A stretch of DNA of 64,000 nt, taken from Lama guanicoe (taxonomy: Eukaryota). The first letter of the stretch is position 1. Every line of letters starts with the position of its first letter. The stretch spans positions 1,765,717 to 1,829,716 of the forward strand of contig MU056898.1 of the NCBI GenBank assembly GCA_013239625.1, written 5' to 3'. The position numbers and the translations under genes were made by a program. This document shows, in pieces, positions 63,876 to 64,000 of the stretch. The notes below the pieces were generated by a model. It did not search any database. It was not told the origin of the DNA and was given only the letters and a program-made list of their open reading frames with translations.

Positions 63876-64000
63876 GGAGCAGCAGTGCTCGGGACCCTGT
63901 CCCCAGAGGAGCGGAGGGTCCTGGAGAGGAAGCTGAAGAAGGAACGGAAGAAGGAGGAGCGGAAGCGGCTGCGGGAGGCGGGCGTTGCCACGGCCCAGAG
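63876..64000 (+). CDS. CHLSN: Internal coding exon of cholesin / C7orf50 ortholog (truncated by window end)
   Basis: Acceptor ttccctttgcctttcAG| followed by [41 protein letters not shown], matching recalled human C7orf50 [29 protein letters not shown]. Absent from the ORF track. Confidence 0.92.

Overview
Very GC-rich mammalian genomic DNA, probably camelid (inferred from one tRNA-derived SINE). It is syntenic with the human 7p22.3 C7orf50/CHLSN (cholesin) locus. Almost the whole window is one large + strand intron of CHLSN; its next coding exon starts at 63876 and runs off the end. Nested on the - strand are three GPCR-type genes in tandem, each with an uninterrupted CDS: GPR146 (33854-34855), an intact but highly divergent 329-aa seven-transmembrane ORF (19915-20904), and GPER1 (10652-11716). 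The middle ORF keeps the TM3-ECL2 disulfide cysteines but has lost the DRY, CWxP and NPxxY activation motifs; it is the main candidate for a poorly described system. MIR339 lies on the + strand at about 58.1 kb. Also present are two CpG islands, a TATA-type GPER1 promoter, two GC-rich minisatellites, many old L1/L2/MIR relics and a 185-nt assembly gap. Most other ORFs in the supplied track are GC-content artefacts. Comparisons with human or mouse sequences are from memory and need database confirmation.
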